DNA of 64,000 nt, from the NCBI GenBank assembly GCA_040902725.1, contig JBBDWU010000045.1, forward strand, positions 3,341 through 67,340. Reading direction: 5' to 3'. The notes beneath the pieces are model-generated. The model was not told the origin of the DNA, searched no databases, and worked only from the letters and a program-made list of their open reading frames with translations. Positions 1-8,137 of this stretch are shown here, piece by piece (the first letter of the stretch is position 1; each line of letters begins with the position of its first letter). The translations under genes were made by a program, and so were the position numbers. The stretch is from Gaiellaceae bacterium. GTDB lineage: Bacteria > Actinomycetota > Thermoleophilia > Gaiellales > Gaiellaceae.

Positions 1-916
1 CGCGGCTCGTGACCAGCAGCCTGAGGTTGGGGCAGCGCTCGACGAGCGACGCGAGCTCGGGAGCCGACGCGACCACGTGCTCGAGGTTGTCGAGCAGGAG
101 CAGAAGATTGCGCTCGCCGATGTGCTCGGCGAGCCCGTTCTTGGCGCCGAGCGTCCGCCCGATCGTTTCCTGGACGAGCGCCGGGTCCCTGAGCGGAGCG
201 AGGCCGACCCAGAACACGCCCGCTTTGAACGCCGTGACGAGCCCGGTCGCCGCCTCGATCGCGAGGCGGGTCTTGCCCGAACCACCGGGACCCGTGAGCG
301 TGACGAGGCGGGCGCCGCCGTCGAGCAGCGCCGTCAGCTCCTCGATCTCCCGCTTGCGGCCGAAGAACGTGCTGGCGGGGCGGGGCAGGTTCGTGTTCGA
401 GATCGTCCCCAGCGGCGGGAACTCGTCGCCGCCCAGTTGGAAGATCGAGACCGGCTCGCCGAAGTCCTTCAGCCGGTGCTCTCCCAGGTCGCCGAAGTCG
501 CCCTCGACCAGGTCGCGCGTGTCCTTCGACAAGAGCACCTGGCCGCCGTGCCCGGCCGCCGCTATCCGCGCGGCCTTGTGCACGTCGTGGCCTACGTAGC
601 CCTCCGCGGCGACGTGCGGCCTGCCCGTGTGCAGGCCCATCCGGACGCGGATCGGGCCCGCGGCCAGCTCGTCGAGCGCCTGCTTGGCTGCCGCGAGCGC
701 TCCGGGCGCCGTTGGGAAGGCTACGAAGAACGCGTCCCCCTGCGTATCGACCTCGACGCCGCCGTGAGCGGCGAAGGCGTGCCGCAGCGCGCGGCGATGC
801 TCGGCCAGCGCCTCCGCGTAGGCGGCCGCCCCCAGCTCATGCAACAGCGTCGTCGAGCCTTCGACGTCGGTAAAGAGGAACGTGACCTCCCCCGCGAGCA
901 AGTCGTCGCGCGCCAT
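1..916 (-). CDS. Class III nucleotidyl cyclase fused to NB-ARC/STAND ATPase (paralog 1), N-terminal ~305 codons; the 3' part lies beyond the window
   Basis: My translation of the minus strand from ATG 916..914 gives MARDDLLAGEVTFLFTDVEGSTTLLHELG..VDTQGDAFFVAFP..GHDVHKAARIAAAGHGGQVLLS..LGEHRLKDF (cyclase). It continues FFGRKREIEEL..LVTLTGPGGSGKTRLAIEAA (Walker A)..LLLLLDNLEHV (Walker B)..RLLVTSR. There is no stop in the window, so it is absent from the ORF track; 77..1096(+) is its antisense shadow. Confidence 0.85.
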   Translation of the reverse strand, partial: MARDDLLAGEVTFLFTDVEGSTTLLHELGAAAYAEALAEHRRALRHAFAAHGGVEVDTQGDAFFVAFPTAPGALAAAKQALDELAAGPIRVRMGLHTGRPHVAAEGYVGHDVHKAARIAAAGHGGQVLLSKDTRDLVEGDFGDLGEHRLKDFGEPVSIFQLGGDEFPPLGTISNTNLPRPASTFFGRKREIEELTALLDGGARLVTLTGPGGSGKTRLAIEAATGLVTAFKAGVFWVGLAPLRDPALVQETIGRTLGAKNGLAEHIGERNLLLLLDNLEHVVASAPELASLVERCPNLRLLVTSR

Positions 917-940
917 CACGCCGAGATTGCCACGCACGCC

Positions 941-971
941 GGCAAAAGAACAGGCCCGCTCGCGCGGGCCT
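941..971 (-). terminator. Putative intrinsic terminator/attenuator between vapC and cyclase paralog 1
   Basis: An 8-bp GC stem AGGCCCGC/GCGGGCCT (952..959 and 964..971, loop tcgc) is followed on the minus strand by GTTCTTTTG (plus-strand ggcaaaagaac, 941..951). Confidence 0.45.
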
Positions 972-1001
972 CTCGAGTAGCGGGGGCGCGAACTGGACCC
1001 A

Positions 1002-1449
1002 TTAGCGACGATCTCGTCGAGGTCGAGTCCGTTGAGAAGTGGCCATCGCCGGGCTCGCAGCGACCTGGATCCCTTCGGCCCGGGCAGCACGGATGATCTT
1101 CTGATCGAACGACGTCATCGACGCGTCGACATGCCGAGCGGTCGCGAGGCAGTAGGCGTCTGGAAGGCTGATCGGATGGGCGCGCCGGAGTCGTGCCGCC
1201 TCGACTCCGATCGCCTCGCTCGGCTGATGGATCGCGACGCCCAGAGCAACGATCGCGGCGCGCGCTCGCCTGAACCGCCCATGGTCCGCGGCCGGCGCGA
1301 CGAGCACCCTCGGACAGGTTGACGACGCTGGTCAGCAAGGTCGTGTCTCCTCGGTGCCAGGCCCTGAAGAGAACGCGCGTTTGCGAATGGTGGGGATCGG
1401 AAGCGTCGAGCGCGCCGATCAGAACGTCGGCGTCGAGGACGATCTTCAC
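1002..1449 (-). pseudogene. vapC: PIN-domain toxin VapC, interrupted by a 1-nt frameshift (or an assembly error)
   Basis: The N-terminal half starts at GTG 1449 (VKIVLDADVLIGALDASDPHHSQTRVLFRAWHRGDTTLLTSVVNLSE). The C-terminal half is in the next frame (ORF 1002..1307: VLVAPAADHGRF..ISLPDAYCLATARHVDASMTSFDQKIIRAARAEGIQV). The junction gag-g-gtg (1311..1305) carries one extra G in a GGG run. The PIN acidic residues (LDAD, NLSE, LPDAY, SFDQ) are all present. Confidence 0.75.
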
Positions 1450-1568
1450 CGCGCGGCGTCTTCGGCGTCGAGCTGGTCGAGATACCCAGACGGATAGGTA
1501 CCGGTGAGCGCACCGAACGCGCTCTCCAGGCTGTCCTCGCCGCGGCGGATACGCGCAGTAAAGGACAT
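1446..1568 (-). CDS. 40-aa antitoxin-like ORF upstream of vapC
   Basis: ATG 1568 to TGA 1446 encodes MSFTARIRRGEDSLESAFGALTGTYPSGYLDQLDAEDAAR, which is below the ORF-track size cutoff. Its stop overlaps the vapC GTG (GTGA), as in type II TA pairs. It is too short to hold a full DNA-binding VapB fold, so the identity is tentative. Confidence 0.45.
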   Translation of the reverse strand: MSFTARIRRGEDSLESAFGALTGTYPSGYLDQLDAEDAAR

Positions 1569-1586
1569 GTTCTCGAGGTTCGGCGC

Positions 1587-1616
1587 GGAAGCCCGCGCGG
1601 CCCCGGCGCGGCTTCC
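1587..1616. promoter_or_regulatory. Inverted repeat upstream of the vapB-like ORF (candidate operator)
   Basis: GGAAGCC(C)GCGC at 1587..1598 pairs with GCGCGGCTTCC at 1606..1616, giving 11 bp with one bulged C and a 7-nt spacer. It lies about 20 nt upstream of ATG 1568. The operator role is inferred from the usual autoregulation of TA operons. Confidence 0.3.
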
Positions 1617-1790
1617 CGACCGGTGCGGGCTGCCGGCAATCGCCGCGAAGCTCTCGACGACCCGGCGGGCGCCTTCGCCGGCAAGCGCTCCAGGTCACCC
1701 GCGGCCGGTACCGCGACGACGAGACGCCGGGCCCGCCCGCTCACCCAGCACGAGCGTGGCGGCGCAGCTGCTTTGGCGCATCATGATGCC

Positions 1791-4322
1791 GTGCGCCGCG
1801 ATCTCCCCTCTGGAACCGTCACGTTCCTCTTCACCGACGTCGAGGGCTCGACCAAGCTCTTGCACGAGCTCGGCGCGGAAGAGTACGCGCGTGCGCTCGC
1901 GGAGCATCGCCGTATCCTCCGAGATGCCTTCGCCGCGCACGGCGGCGTCGAGGTCGACACGCAGGGAGACGCCTTCTTCGTCGCCTTCCCGACCGCACCG
2001 GGGGCGCTCGCCGCGGCAGCCGAGGCAACGGAGGAACTGGCTACGGGTCCGATCCGGATGCGGATCGGTTTGCACACCGGCACGCCGCACCTAGCCGAGG
2101 AGGGCTACGTGGGGTCGGACGTGCACAAGGGAGCCCGGATCGCGGCAGCGGGACACGGCGGTCAGGTGCTGCTCTCGAAGGAAACCCGCGAGCTCGCGGG
2201 GGTCGAGGTCGACGTTGCTGACCTCGGCGAGCACCGCCTGAAGGACTTCGCCGAGCCGGTGTGGATCTTCCAGCTCGGCGCGGGACGCTTCCCGCCGCTG
2301 AAGACGATCTCGAACACGAACCTGCCCCGGCCGGCGAGCTCGTTCGTCGGCCGGGAGCGCGAGGTCTCGGAGATCGGGGCGCTCCTTCGCGACGGTACGC
2401 GTCTCGTCACGCTCACCGGGCCTGGCGGCTCGGGCAAGTCGCGGCTGGCGATCGAGGCCGCGGCCGAGCTCGTACCCGAGTTCAGGAACGGCGTCTTCTG
2501 GATTGGCTTGGCGCCGCTCCGAGACCCGACCCTCGTGATGGAGACGGTGGCCCGGGCCGTGGGGGCGACTGACGGCCTTGCCGAACACGTTGCGGAGCGC
2601 GAGCTGCTGCTGCTGCTCGACAACTTTGAGCAGGTCGTCGAGGCCGCGCCGGAGCTCCCAGCCCTGCTCGAGTCCTGTCCGAACCTACGCGTACTCGTCA
2701 CGAGCAGAGAGCTGCTGCGCGTGCGGGGCGAGGTCGAGTACGCAGTGCCCACGCTGGCCGAGCGGGAGGCGGTCGAGCTCTTCTCCGCTCGTTCAGATCT
2801 CGCGCCGGACGAGACGATCGCCGAGCTCTGCCGGCGCCTCGACACCCTGCCGCTGGCTGTTGAGCTGGCGGCAGCGCGCACGAGCGTCCTCTCTCCCGCC
2901 CAGATCCTGGAGCGCCTCTCACACCGTCTCGATCTATTCAAGGGAGGCCGGGACGCCGACCCGCGCCAGCAAACGCTGCGCGCGACAATCGCATGGAGCT
3001 ACGAGCTGCTGGGGCAGGAGGAGCGGCGCCTCTTCGCGCGACTCGCAGTCTTCGTCGGCGGGTGCACGCTCGAAGCCGCGCAAGAGCTCGCGGAGGCCGA
3101 CCTCGACCCGCTCCAATCACTCGTCGACAAGAGCCTCCTCCGCCACACGGACGAACGGTTCTGGATGCTCGAGACGATCCGGGAGTACGCGGCCGAGCGC
3201 CTCGAGGAATCGGGCGAGGCCGATCGGTTGCGGCGGAAGCACGCGGAGCACTTCCTCGCGCTCGCGGAGGAGGCGGCGCCGAACCTCCGCGGGGCGAGCG
3301 CGAGCCCCGGCCCGTGGCTGGACCGGCTGGAAGCCGAGCACGACAACGTCCGAGCCGCGTTCGACCGCCTCCAGGTCATCGGCGAGACACAGCGTGTCCT
3401 ACGGCTGGCCGGAGCCCTGTGGGTGTTCTGGAACGTGAGAGGTCACCTGCGTGAAGCCAGACGTCGCCTCGATCGCGCACTCGACGGCAACGAGCGTCCG
3501 ACCGCAGCGCGCGCGAGAGCACTCGTCGGGGCGGCCGCGGTCTCAGCGGCGAGCGGAGACTCCGCGACGGCCACGATGCGGGCCGAGGCGGCGCTCACGT
3601 TGCACCGCTCACTCGGCGATCGGTGGGGCGCCGCGCTGTCTCAGTCGTACATCGCCACCGCTGCCGCCCAGGAACGCGACTGGGCGAAGGCGCAGCCAAT
3701 AGCGGAGAAGTGCGCGCGAGCGTTCGAAGAGCTCGGCGACGAGCACTACGCGATGCTGGCGAAGTGGCTCCTGGCCTGGATGTGCAGGGAGCTCGGCGAT
3801 CGCGAACGCGCCCGCGCACTGGCCGAGGAAAACGTCGGGCGCGCACGTGCGCTGGGTAACGAGCGCGTCGAGGCGCGCTCGCTGGGCTCCCTGGCGATGC
3901 TGGCTGTCGACGAGGGCCGGCTCGAGGACGCGGTGGCGACGCTCAAGGAGGCGAACCGGATCCACCGCGCCCTCGGCGACCGGTTCGAGATCGCGCTCGA
4001 CCTCTGCCGCTTCGCGCGCGCGCTCGCAGCTGCCGGACGGCCGGGAACGGCGGCGCGGATCCTCGCCACGGGCGAGGCTCTACGCGAGCAGATCGGCGCG
4101 ACGCTGGAATCATGGATCGCCATGGAGGCGAAGCTCGGAGAGACGCTCACAGCGGCCCGCGCGCAGCTCGGTGCAGCCGCTTTCGCCGAAGCGTGGGAGC
4201 AAGGACGCTCGCTAACGGCCGACGAGGGCGTCGAGCTCGCCCTCGACGCCCTGGACCGTGCTCGCCCGCGCAATCCAGCGACACCGGATCCTCCGGCCGA
4301 ATCCCGATCTCGTGATGTGTGA
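1791..4322 (+). CDS. Class III nucleotidyl cyclase - NB-ARC/STAND ATPase - TPR protein (paralog 2)
   Basis: Uses the frame of ORF 1623..4322. The start is taken at GTG 1791 (VRRDLPSGTVTFLFTDVEGST) by analogy with paralogs 1 and 3. Cyclase motifs: FTDVEGST, TQGDAFFVAF, DVHKGARIAAAGHGGQVLLS. NB-ARC motifs: GPGGSGKSRLA, LLLLDNFEQV, VTSRE, LPLAVELAAA, and a winged helix LFARLAVFVGGCTLEAA..MLETIREYA. The C-terminal region is TPR-like repeats, with no HTH at the C-terminus. Confidence 0.9.
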   Translation: MRRDLPSGTVTFLFTDVEGSTKLLHELGAEEYARALAEHRRILRDAFAAHGGVEVDTQGDAFFVAFPTAPGALAAAAEATEELATGPIRMRIGLHTGTPHLAEEGYVGSDVHKGARIAAAGHGGQVLLSKETRELAGVEVDVADLGEHRLKDFAEPVWIFQLGAGRFPPLKTISNTNLPRPASSFVGREREVSEIGALLRDGTRLVTLTGPGGSGKSRLAIEAAAELVPEFRNGVFWIGLAPLRDPTLVMETVARAVGATDGLAEHVAERELLLLLDNFEQVVEAAPELPALLESCPNLRVLVTSRELLRVRGEVEYAVPTLAEREAVELFSARSDLAPDETIAELCRRLDTLPLAVELAAARTSVLSPAQILERLSHRLDLFKGGRDADPRQQTLRATIAWSYELLGQEERRLFARLAVFVGGCTLEAAQELAEADLDPLQSLVDKSLLRHTDERFWMLETIREYAAERLEESGEADRLRRKHAEHFLALAEEAAPNLRGASASPGPWLDRLEAEHDNVRAAFDRLQVIGETQRVLRLAGALWVFWNVRGHLREARRRLDRALDGNERPTAARARALVGAAAVSAASGDSATATMRAEAALTLHRSLGDRWGAALSQSYIATAAAQERDWAKAQPIAEKCARAFEELGDEHYAMLAKWLLAWMCRELGDRERARALAEENVGRARALGNERVEARSLGSLAMLAVDEGRLEDAVATLKEANRIHRALGDRFEIALDLCRFARALAAAGRPGTAARILATGEALREQIGATLESWIAMEAKLGETLTAARAQLGAAAFAEAWEQGRSLTADEGVELALDALDRARPRNPATPDPPAESRSRDV

Positions 4323-4374
4323 AGTCATCGCCGGGCACTTGTCGCGGGTCCACATCGTCGCCCCGCCCCTGACG

Positions 4375-4407
4375 AGAAAAATCCCTGCGCTTAGCAGGGA
4401 CTTTTCT
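4375..4407. terminator. Bidirectional intrinsic terminator
   Basis: A 7-bp stem TCCCTGC/GCAGGGA (4382..4388 and 4394..4400, loop gctta) is flanked by gagaaaaa upstream and cttttct downstream. It therefore offers a U-tract on both strands, after cyclase paralog 2 (+) and after tRNA-fMet (-). Confidence 0.7.
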
Positions 4408-4416
4408 ACTTGTTCA

Positions 4417-4490
4417 TAGCGGGGGCAGGATTTGAACCTGCGACCTCCGGGTTATGAGCCCGGCGAGCTACCTGACTGCTCCACCCCGCG
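4417..4490 (-). tRNA. Initiator tRNA-Met (anticodon CAT)
   Basis: The reverse complement reads CGCGGGGTGGAGCAGTCAGGTAGCTCGCCGGGCTCATAACCCGGAGGTCGCAGGTTCAAATCCTGCCCCCGCTA. It has the 1:72 mismatch and the three G:C pairs closing the anticodon stem (GGG..CCC) typical of tRNA-fMet, and is near-identical to E. coli tRNA-fMet from memory. CCA is not encoded. Confidence 0.95.
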
Positions 4491-4519
4491 TCGCGGTGCC
4501 AAGTATAGCCTCCGATTCG

Positions 4520-4846
4520 ATGGCTTCGTGGATCTGGATCGGGCTCATCGCGCTCATCGCGGGCTTCGCCGGCGGGCTCGCCTTCGCCGTCGTGCGCGCG
4601 CTCGCGGCGTGGCGGACGCTGAGAGGCGCGTCGGCGACGCTGAGCGGCGGCCTCCAGCGCGTGAGCGACGACTCGGCGGCGCTGACGGCCAAGCTCGAGG
4701 CCCTTTCCAGCCGCTCGGAGCGGCTCCAGACCGCCTTGCAGCGACTGGCCGTGACCCGCGCCCGGCTGAACGTGCTGCTCGCGGCGATCGGCCAGGTGCG
4801 GGCCGGGATCGCGCGCGTCACGGGCATCGTTCCCCGCAAGGGCTAG
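4520..4846 (+). CDS. Small membrane-anchored coiled-coil protein (hypothetical)
   Basis: ATG 4520 gives MASWIWIGLIALIAGFAGGLAFAVVRALAAW (one TM helix) followed by a helical, Leu/Ala/Arg-rich segment. The stop TAG overlaps the GTG of ppx by 1 nt. The track ORF start at 4454 lies inside the tRNA and was rejected. Confidence 0.6.
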   Translation: MASWIWIGLIALIAGFAGGLAFAVVRALAAWRTLRGASATLSGGLQRVSDDSAALTAKLEALSSRSERLQTALQRLAVTRARLNVLLAAIGQVRAGIARVTGIVPRKG

Positions 4847-5751
4847 TGCGGGTCGCGGCGCTCGACCTGGGCACGAACACCACGCGCCTGCTCGTCGCGG
4901 ACGTCGAGGACGGCCGCGTCGATGAGGTCGAGCGGCGCCTCGAGATCACGCGGCTCGGCGAAGGGGTCGACGAGCGCCGGAAGCTGCTCCCCCTCCCCAT
5001 CGCCCGCGTCCGCAACGTCCTCTCCGACTACCGCCGCACGCTCGAGGAGCTAGGCGCCGAGCGGGCGCTGCTCGTCGCGACGAGCGCCGTCCGCGACGCT
5101 GAGAACGGCGAGGCGTTCCTGGGCGAGATCGAGTGGAGCTACGGCTTCACGACCCGGCTGCTCTCGGGGGATGAAGAGGCCGAGCTGGTGCGGCGCGGGG
5201 TCGCCACGGGCGCCGAGCTCGCCCCCGACACGCTGATTCTCGACCTCGGCGGTGGCTCCACCGAGCTGATCGTGGGCGACCGCCATGTCAGCCTCGACCT
5301 CGGCAGCGTGCGGATGACCGAGCGCTTCGGCGAGGACGTCGACGCGATCCGCGCGCACGTGCGCGAAGAGCTGCCGCCCGTCGAGGCCTCCCGCGCCATC
5401 GGCGTCGCGGGCACGGTGACGACGATCGCCGCGCTCGACCTCGGCCTGTCCGAGTACGACCCGGAGCGCGTCCACGGCCATCGCATCGCCCGCGAGGCCG
5501 TCGAGCGCCAGCTGGCGAGGCTGGCCTCGCTGCCGCTCGAGGAGCGCAGGCGCCTGCCGGGGCTCGAGCCGGAGCGCGCGCCGGTGATCGTGGCCGGCGC
5601 CGCGATCCTCGCCGAGCTTCTGGCGGCCTACGGACTCGACGGCGTCGAGGCGAGCGAGCGCGACATCCTCGACGGCGCGGCCCTCGAGGCCGCCGCGCTG
5701 CCGGAGCCCGAGGAGGGCGCGGCGCCGCCCGGCGCCTACACCTGCTGCTGA
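4846..5751 (+). CDS. ppx: Ppx/GppA-family phosphatase (exopolyphosphatase / pppGpp phosphohydrolase-like)
   Basis: GTG 4846 gives VRVAALDLGTNTTRLLVADVEDG..ATSAVRDAENG..DLGGGSTEL, which are actin-like ATPase-fold Ppx/GppA motifs. It is in frame with track ORF 4432..5751, whose N-terminal extension crosses the tRNA. Confidence 0.85.
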   Translation: MRVAALDLGTNTTRLLVADVEDGRVDEVERRLEITRLGEGVDERRKLLPLPIARVRNVLSDYRRTLEELGAERALLVATSAVRDAENGEAFLGEIEWSYGFTTRLLSGDEEAELVRRGVATGAELAPDTLILDLGGGSTELIVGDRHVSLDLGSVRMTERFGEDVDAIRAHVREELPPVEASRAIGVAGTVTTIAALDLGLSEYDPERVHGHRIAREAVERQLARLASLPLEERRRLPGLEPERAPVIVAGAAILAELLAAYGLDGVEASERDILDGAALEAAALPEPEEGAAPPGAYTCC

Positions 5752-6050
5752 GCGAAGGGCCTGTGGGCCTTGACGAGATCGGAGAGGAACGCCTTCTCGG
5801 CCGGTGAGACCTCGGGCCACTTGCCGAGTACGTCGTGGACGCGGCCGCCGATGGCCGAGCCCGAGTCGCAGCCCGCGAAGAGCGCCTCGTGCTTCTTGAA
5901 CACCTTGTGCCCGGCGGCGGCCTGGGCCTTGCCCTTGTCGGTCAGGCTGTCCCAGAGCACGAAGCTCGAGACGAAGCCGGCGAGTTGGAACGCGTTCGTC
6001 CCCTGTAGGTGGGCGCCGATCTCGTCGTCGCTGAGCCGCCGCGAGAACAT
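5736..6050 (-). CDS. Hypothetical protein (104 aa)
   Basis: The composition is balanced and not shadow-like (MFSRRLSDDEIGAHLQGTNAFQLAGFVSSFVLWDSLTDKGKAQ..). It lies 21 nt downstream of the CBS gene on the same strand. I recognise no family. Confidence 0.55.
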   Translation of the reverse strand: MFSRRLSDDEIGAHLQGTNAFQLAGFVSSFVLWDSLTDKGKAQAAAGHKVFKKHEALFAGCDSGSAIGGRVHDVLGKWPEVSPAEKAFLSDLVKAHRPFAQQQV

Positions 6051-6071
6051 CGTGCGAAAAGTCTCGCACTC

Positions 6072-6494
6072 CTAGGCCGGCTGGTAAAGCTCCTCGTCCT
6101 CTTCGGGCGGGCGGTCCTCGGCCAAGCGGCGCTGCACGACGGCGCGGGAGAGAACGCCCACGAAGTGCCCGTCGGCCTCCACCACCGGTACCCGCTCCAG
6201 CTCCTGCTCCTCCACGAACTGGAATGCCTCCTCGAGCGGCAGGTCGGCCTGGAGCGTCGCGAGCGGCTCCTCGGCGATGTCCCGCAGCGAGGTCTTCTTC
6301 GGGTCGAGCCCGGGCGCGACCACCTCGCGCACGAGCGTCTTGCGCGTGACGACGCCGATCAGCCGTCCGTCCTCGACGACGAACACGGCCCGCACCTCCG
6401 GCCGCGCCAGCTCCTCGCCGGCCGCCTGGGCGCTCGCGCCGGCGTCGCAGGTCGGCGGCTCGGCCACCATGGCGTCGCGCACGAGATCCGTCAC
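6072..6494 (-). CDS. CBS-domain pair protein
   Basis: GTG 6494 gives VTDLVRDAMVAEPPTC..VFVVEDGRLIGVVTRKTLVREV..LEEAFQFVEEQELERVPVVEADGHFVGVLSRAVV, i.e. two CBS repeats. Confidence 0.8.
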   Translation of the reverse strand: MTDLVRDAMVAEPPTCDAGASAQAAGEELARPEVRAVFVVEDGRLIGVVTRKTLVREVVAPGLDPKKTSLRDIAEEPLATLQADLPLEEAFQFVEEQELERVPVVEADGHFVGVLSRAVVQRRLAEDRPPEEDEELYQPA

Positions 6495-6573
6495 GACTTT
6501 GCTCCGAGATCCTCGTCCGCCGCGCCGACCTGCGCGGCGCGGGGGGCGAGGCGCGCCTGAGAAGAAGGGGGCA

Positions 6574-6600
6574 CGTGGGGGAAACATGGTTTCCCCCACG
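6574..6600 (-). terminator. Perfect 12-bp palindrome hairpin downstream of gdh
   Basis: CGTGGGGGAAAC-atg-GTTTCCCCCACG is followed on the minus strand by a pyrimidine-rich tgcccccttcttctc. It sits between the gdh stop (6625) and the CBS gene start (6494). Confidence 0.55.
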
Positions 6601-6624
6601 GGAGCGAGGCGCAGCCGAGCGACC

Positions 6625-7899
6625 TCACGGGTAGATCCCCCGCATCTCCAGCGCCCCCGCAACCTCGCGGATCGCGCCCACGAGCGCACCGCCGCGCAGG
6701 CTTATGCCTTCCTCCTCGTGCAGCGCCCAGACGCGGTCGAACGCGTCGACGAGCTTCTCCTCCAGCTTGCGGCGGATCTCGTCGCGGTCCCAGAAGAGGC
6801 GCCCGAGATCCTGCACCCACTCGAAGTACGAGACCGTGACGCCGCCGGCGTTCGTGAGCACGTCCGGGAGGACGAGGATCCCGCGGTCGGCGAGGATGCG
6901 GTCGCCGTCCATCGTCGTGGGGCCGTTGGCGCCCTCGGCGACGATCCGGCAGTCGAGCCGGTCCGCGTTCGCGCCGGTCACCTGGTCCTCGCGGGCGGCG
7001 AGGACGAGGATGTCGCAGGGGAGCTCCAGCAGCTCCGCGTTCGTGACGTAGTCGGCGTCCGGATAGCCCTCGAGCGAGCCCTCCTCGTCGACCCACCCCC
7101 GCGCCTCCATGAGGTCGAGCCCGCCCGCGGCGTAGATCCCGCCGCTGACGTCCGAGACGGCCAAGACCGTGGCGCCCCGGTCGACGAGCTCCTGCGCCGC
7201 GACCCCGCCGACGTTGCCGAAGCCCTGGACGACGCACCGTTGTCCCGCCAGCGGCGTGCCGAGCTTGCGGCAAGCCCGCTCGGTGACCATGACGACGCCG
7301 GCGCCGGTCGCCTCGGGCCGGAAGACCGAGCCGCCGATCGAGATCGGCTTGCCCGTCGTCACCTCGGGCACTGCGTAGCCCTTCTGCATCGAGTACGTGT
7401 CCATCAGCCACGCCATCGTCTGCTCGTTGGTGGCCATGTCCGGGGCGGGGATGTCCGACTGCGGCCCGATGAAGGGCGCCAGCTCGGCGGTGTAGCGCCT
7501 GGTCAGCCGCTGAATCTCACCGATCGAGAGCTCGCGCGGGTTGCAGCGGACGCCGCCCTTCGCGCCGCCGTAGGGGAGGCGCAGCAGCGCGCACTTCCAG
7601 GTCATCCACACGGCCAGCGCTGCGCACTCGCCGAGCGTGACCTCCGGGTCGTAGCGGATGCCGCCCTTCGTCGGCCCAAGCACCGTCGAGTGCTGCACGC
7701 GGTAGCCCGGGAAGACGCGCAGCGTCCCGTCGTCCATCGCCACCGGCACGGAGAGCATCACGGCCCGCTCTGGGAAGCGGAGCCGCTCGGCGATGCGGTC
7801 GGTGACTCCCGTGTGCGGCAGCGCCTCCTCGAACTGCGCCTGGGCGGTGCGGAAGAGGGGCGTGTCCCACTCGAGCGCCAGGTGTTCGGCGGCGACCAT
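6625..7899 (-). CDS. gdh: Glutamate dehydrogenase (Glu/Leu/Phe/Val dehydrogenase family)
   Basis: ATG 7899 gives MVAAEHLALEWD..GPTKGGIRY..LPYGGAKGGV..GFGNVGG..NAGGVTVSYFEWVQ. The track ORF extends to 8112 across tRNA-Leu, and that extension was rejected. Confidence 0.92.
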   Translation of the reverse strand: MVAAEHLALEWDTPLFRTAQAQFEEALPHTGVTDRIAERLRFPERAVMLSVPVAMDDGTLRVFPGYRVQHSTVLGPTKGGIRYDPEVTLGECAALAVWMTWKCALLRLPYGGAKGGVRCNPRELSIGEIQRLTRRYTAELAPFIGPQSDIPAPDMATNEQTMAWLMDTYSMQKGYAVPEVTTGKPISIGGSVFRPEATGAGVVMVTERACRKLGTPLAGQRCVVQGFGNVGGVAAQELVDRGATVLAVSDVSGGIYAAGGLDLMEARGWVDEEGSLEGYPDADYVTNAELLELPCDILVLAAREDQVTGANADRLDCRIVAEGANGPTTMDGDRILADRGILVLPDVLTNAGGVTVSYFEWVQDLGRLFWDRDEIRRKLEEKLVDAFDRVWALHEEEGISLRGGALVGAIREVAGALEMRGIYP

Positions 7900-8034
7900 C
7901 AGGCTCGAGAGCGGTGCGCGGCGAGGTAGTACCGCTCCACGTACTCGGCCACGGCGCGGTGCATCGAGAACCGCGGCGTGAGCCGCTCGATCGAGGACGG
8001 TGTGTCGACGAAGGTCTCCGAGCTCATCGTCAAG

Positions 8035-8118
8035 TGCCGGGAGAGGGAATCGAACCCCCACGCCCCGAAGGGCACCCGAGTTTAAGTCGGGCGCGTCTAC
8101 CCGTTCCGCCACCCCGGC
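8035..8118 (-). tRNA. tRNA-Leu (anticodon TAA)
   Basis: The reverse complement reads GCCGGGGTGGCGGAACGGGTAGACGCGCCCGACTTAAACTCGGGTGCCCTTCGGGGCGTGGGGGTTCGATTCCCTCTCCCGGCA. It has the anticodon loop CTTAAAC, a long variable arm and a T-loop GGTTCGATTCC. Confidence 0.92.
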
Positions 8119-8137
8119 TCGAACGCATGGTAGGCGC

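Noticed and set aside
4432-4845. The N-terminal extension of the Ppx/GppA ORF, and the 4454 start of the small membrane protein.
   Set aside because: Both begin inside the tRNA-fMet gene (4417..4490). The conserved Ppx N-terminus (VAALDLGTN) begins right after GTG 4846, and the membrane protein has a sensible ATG at 4520.
7900-8112. The upstream 71 codons of the 495-aa gdh ORF.
   Set aside because: The extension runs through tRNA-Leu (8035..8118) and is shadow-like. ATG 7899 gives a 424-aa protein of typical Gdh length.
4417-8118. A genomic island or prophage integrated at tRNA-fMet or tRNA-Leu.
   Set aside because: There is no integrase, recombinase, phage-like gene or direct repeat of a tRNA 3' end nearby. 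The flanking genes (ppx, CBS, gdh, DUF3105) look chromosomal.
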